A stretch of DNA of 8,809 nucleotides from Paraspadella gotoi (Eukaryota; Animalia; Chaetognatha): the NCBI GenBank assembly GCA_051294375.1, contig CM119266.1:8953849-8962657 (forward strand), read 5' to 3'. The translations under genes were made by a program, and so were the position numbers. Positions 8,244 to 8,809 of the stretch are shown piece after piece; position 1 is the first letter of the stretch, and every line of letters begins with the position of its first letter. The notes below the pieces were generated by a model. That model had not been told where the DNA came from. It worked only from the letters and a program-made list of their open reading frames with translations, and searched no databases.

Positions 8244-8515
8244 GAGAGAGAGAGAGAGAGAGAGAGAGANNNNNNNNNNNNNNNNNNNNNNNNNNNNNNN
8301 NNNNNNNNNNNNNNNNNNNNNNNNNNNNNNNNNNNNNNNNNNNNNNNNNNNNNNNNNNNNNNNNNNNNNNNNNNNNNNNNNNNNNNNNNNNNNNNNNNNN
8401 NNNNNNNNNNNNNNNNNNNNNNNNNNNNNNNNNNNNNNNNNNNNNNNNNNNNNNNNNNNNNNNNNNNNNNNNNNNNNNNNNNNNNNNNNNNNNNNNNNNN
8501 NNNNNNNNNNNNNNN
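8244..8515. repeat. (GA)13 microsatellite running into an N-run (8270-8515, 246 nt)
   Basis: gagagaga... followed by n. Confidence 0.9.
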
Positions 8516-8525
8516 TTAATTGATT

Positions 8526-8671
8526 GGAGAAAAAAAAGAAAAAAGAAACTGAAGGGTTAACAGTAGAGGAAGAAAAACAATGAGATAGAAAAGTAAAAAA
8601 GAAAATTAGAAGAGAAAAAGAGAAAAGAACAAAAAGAAAAGAAAAAAAAACAGAGGGGAAGAGAAGAAAAA
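8526..8671. repeat. A/G-rich low-complexity tract
   Basis: gaaaaaaaagaaaaaagaaac...aaaaagaaaagaaaaaaaaacagaggggaagagaagaaaa. Confidence 0.8.
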
Positions 8672-8809
8672 TGTACTCGTATTCGTTTTGGCAAAGAGTT
8701 TATTTTCGGTTCTCCATTAATTTTTAAGAGTCTCAACCCGCTGTTCGCTTTTCGCTGTCCGCTTCTCACAGCTTGTTCGCCGCTCCTCCCCGCTTTTCCC
8801 TTTTCGCTT

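Noticed and set aside
8130-8769. ORFs 8130-8519, 8242-8523 and 8557-8769
   Set aside because: They consist mostly of (GA)n, N or an A/G-rich tract; 8130-8240 is better explained as antisense to the minus-strand candidate exon.

Overview
This window is low-quality, microsatellite-saturated eukaryotic (animal-like) genomic DNA, mostly intronic or intergenic. It contains seven N-runs (1002 nt, ~11%) and many simple repeats: (AG/CT)n, (TCG/GAC)n, (TCA)n, (AAC)n, (TTTC)n, (TATCCC)n and (GAATAT)n. The repeat spectrum resembles SSR-rich arthropod genomes such as penaeid shrimp; this is an inference only. None of the supplied ORFs is a credible complete gene: almost all are translations of repeats or N-runs. 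I found no prokaryotic gene, RNA gene, CRISPR array or recognisable transposon, and I cannot support a new biological system. Three observations are worth checking. (1) Patches of strong CpG excess read like ordinary sequence if CG is changed to CA/TG. (2) Three polypyrimidine tracts end in YTGCGG instead of YTGCAG, each paired with a downstream GT donor. These define candidate exons at 8051-8236 (-) and 4340-4557 (-), and an 8-nt microexon at 3850-3857 (+). (3) Two GC-rich exon-like blocks look homopolymer-inflated. The simplest explanation for all three is systematic sequencing or consensus error over a real spliced gene whose product I cannot identify.
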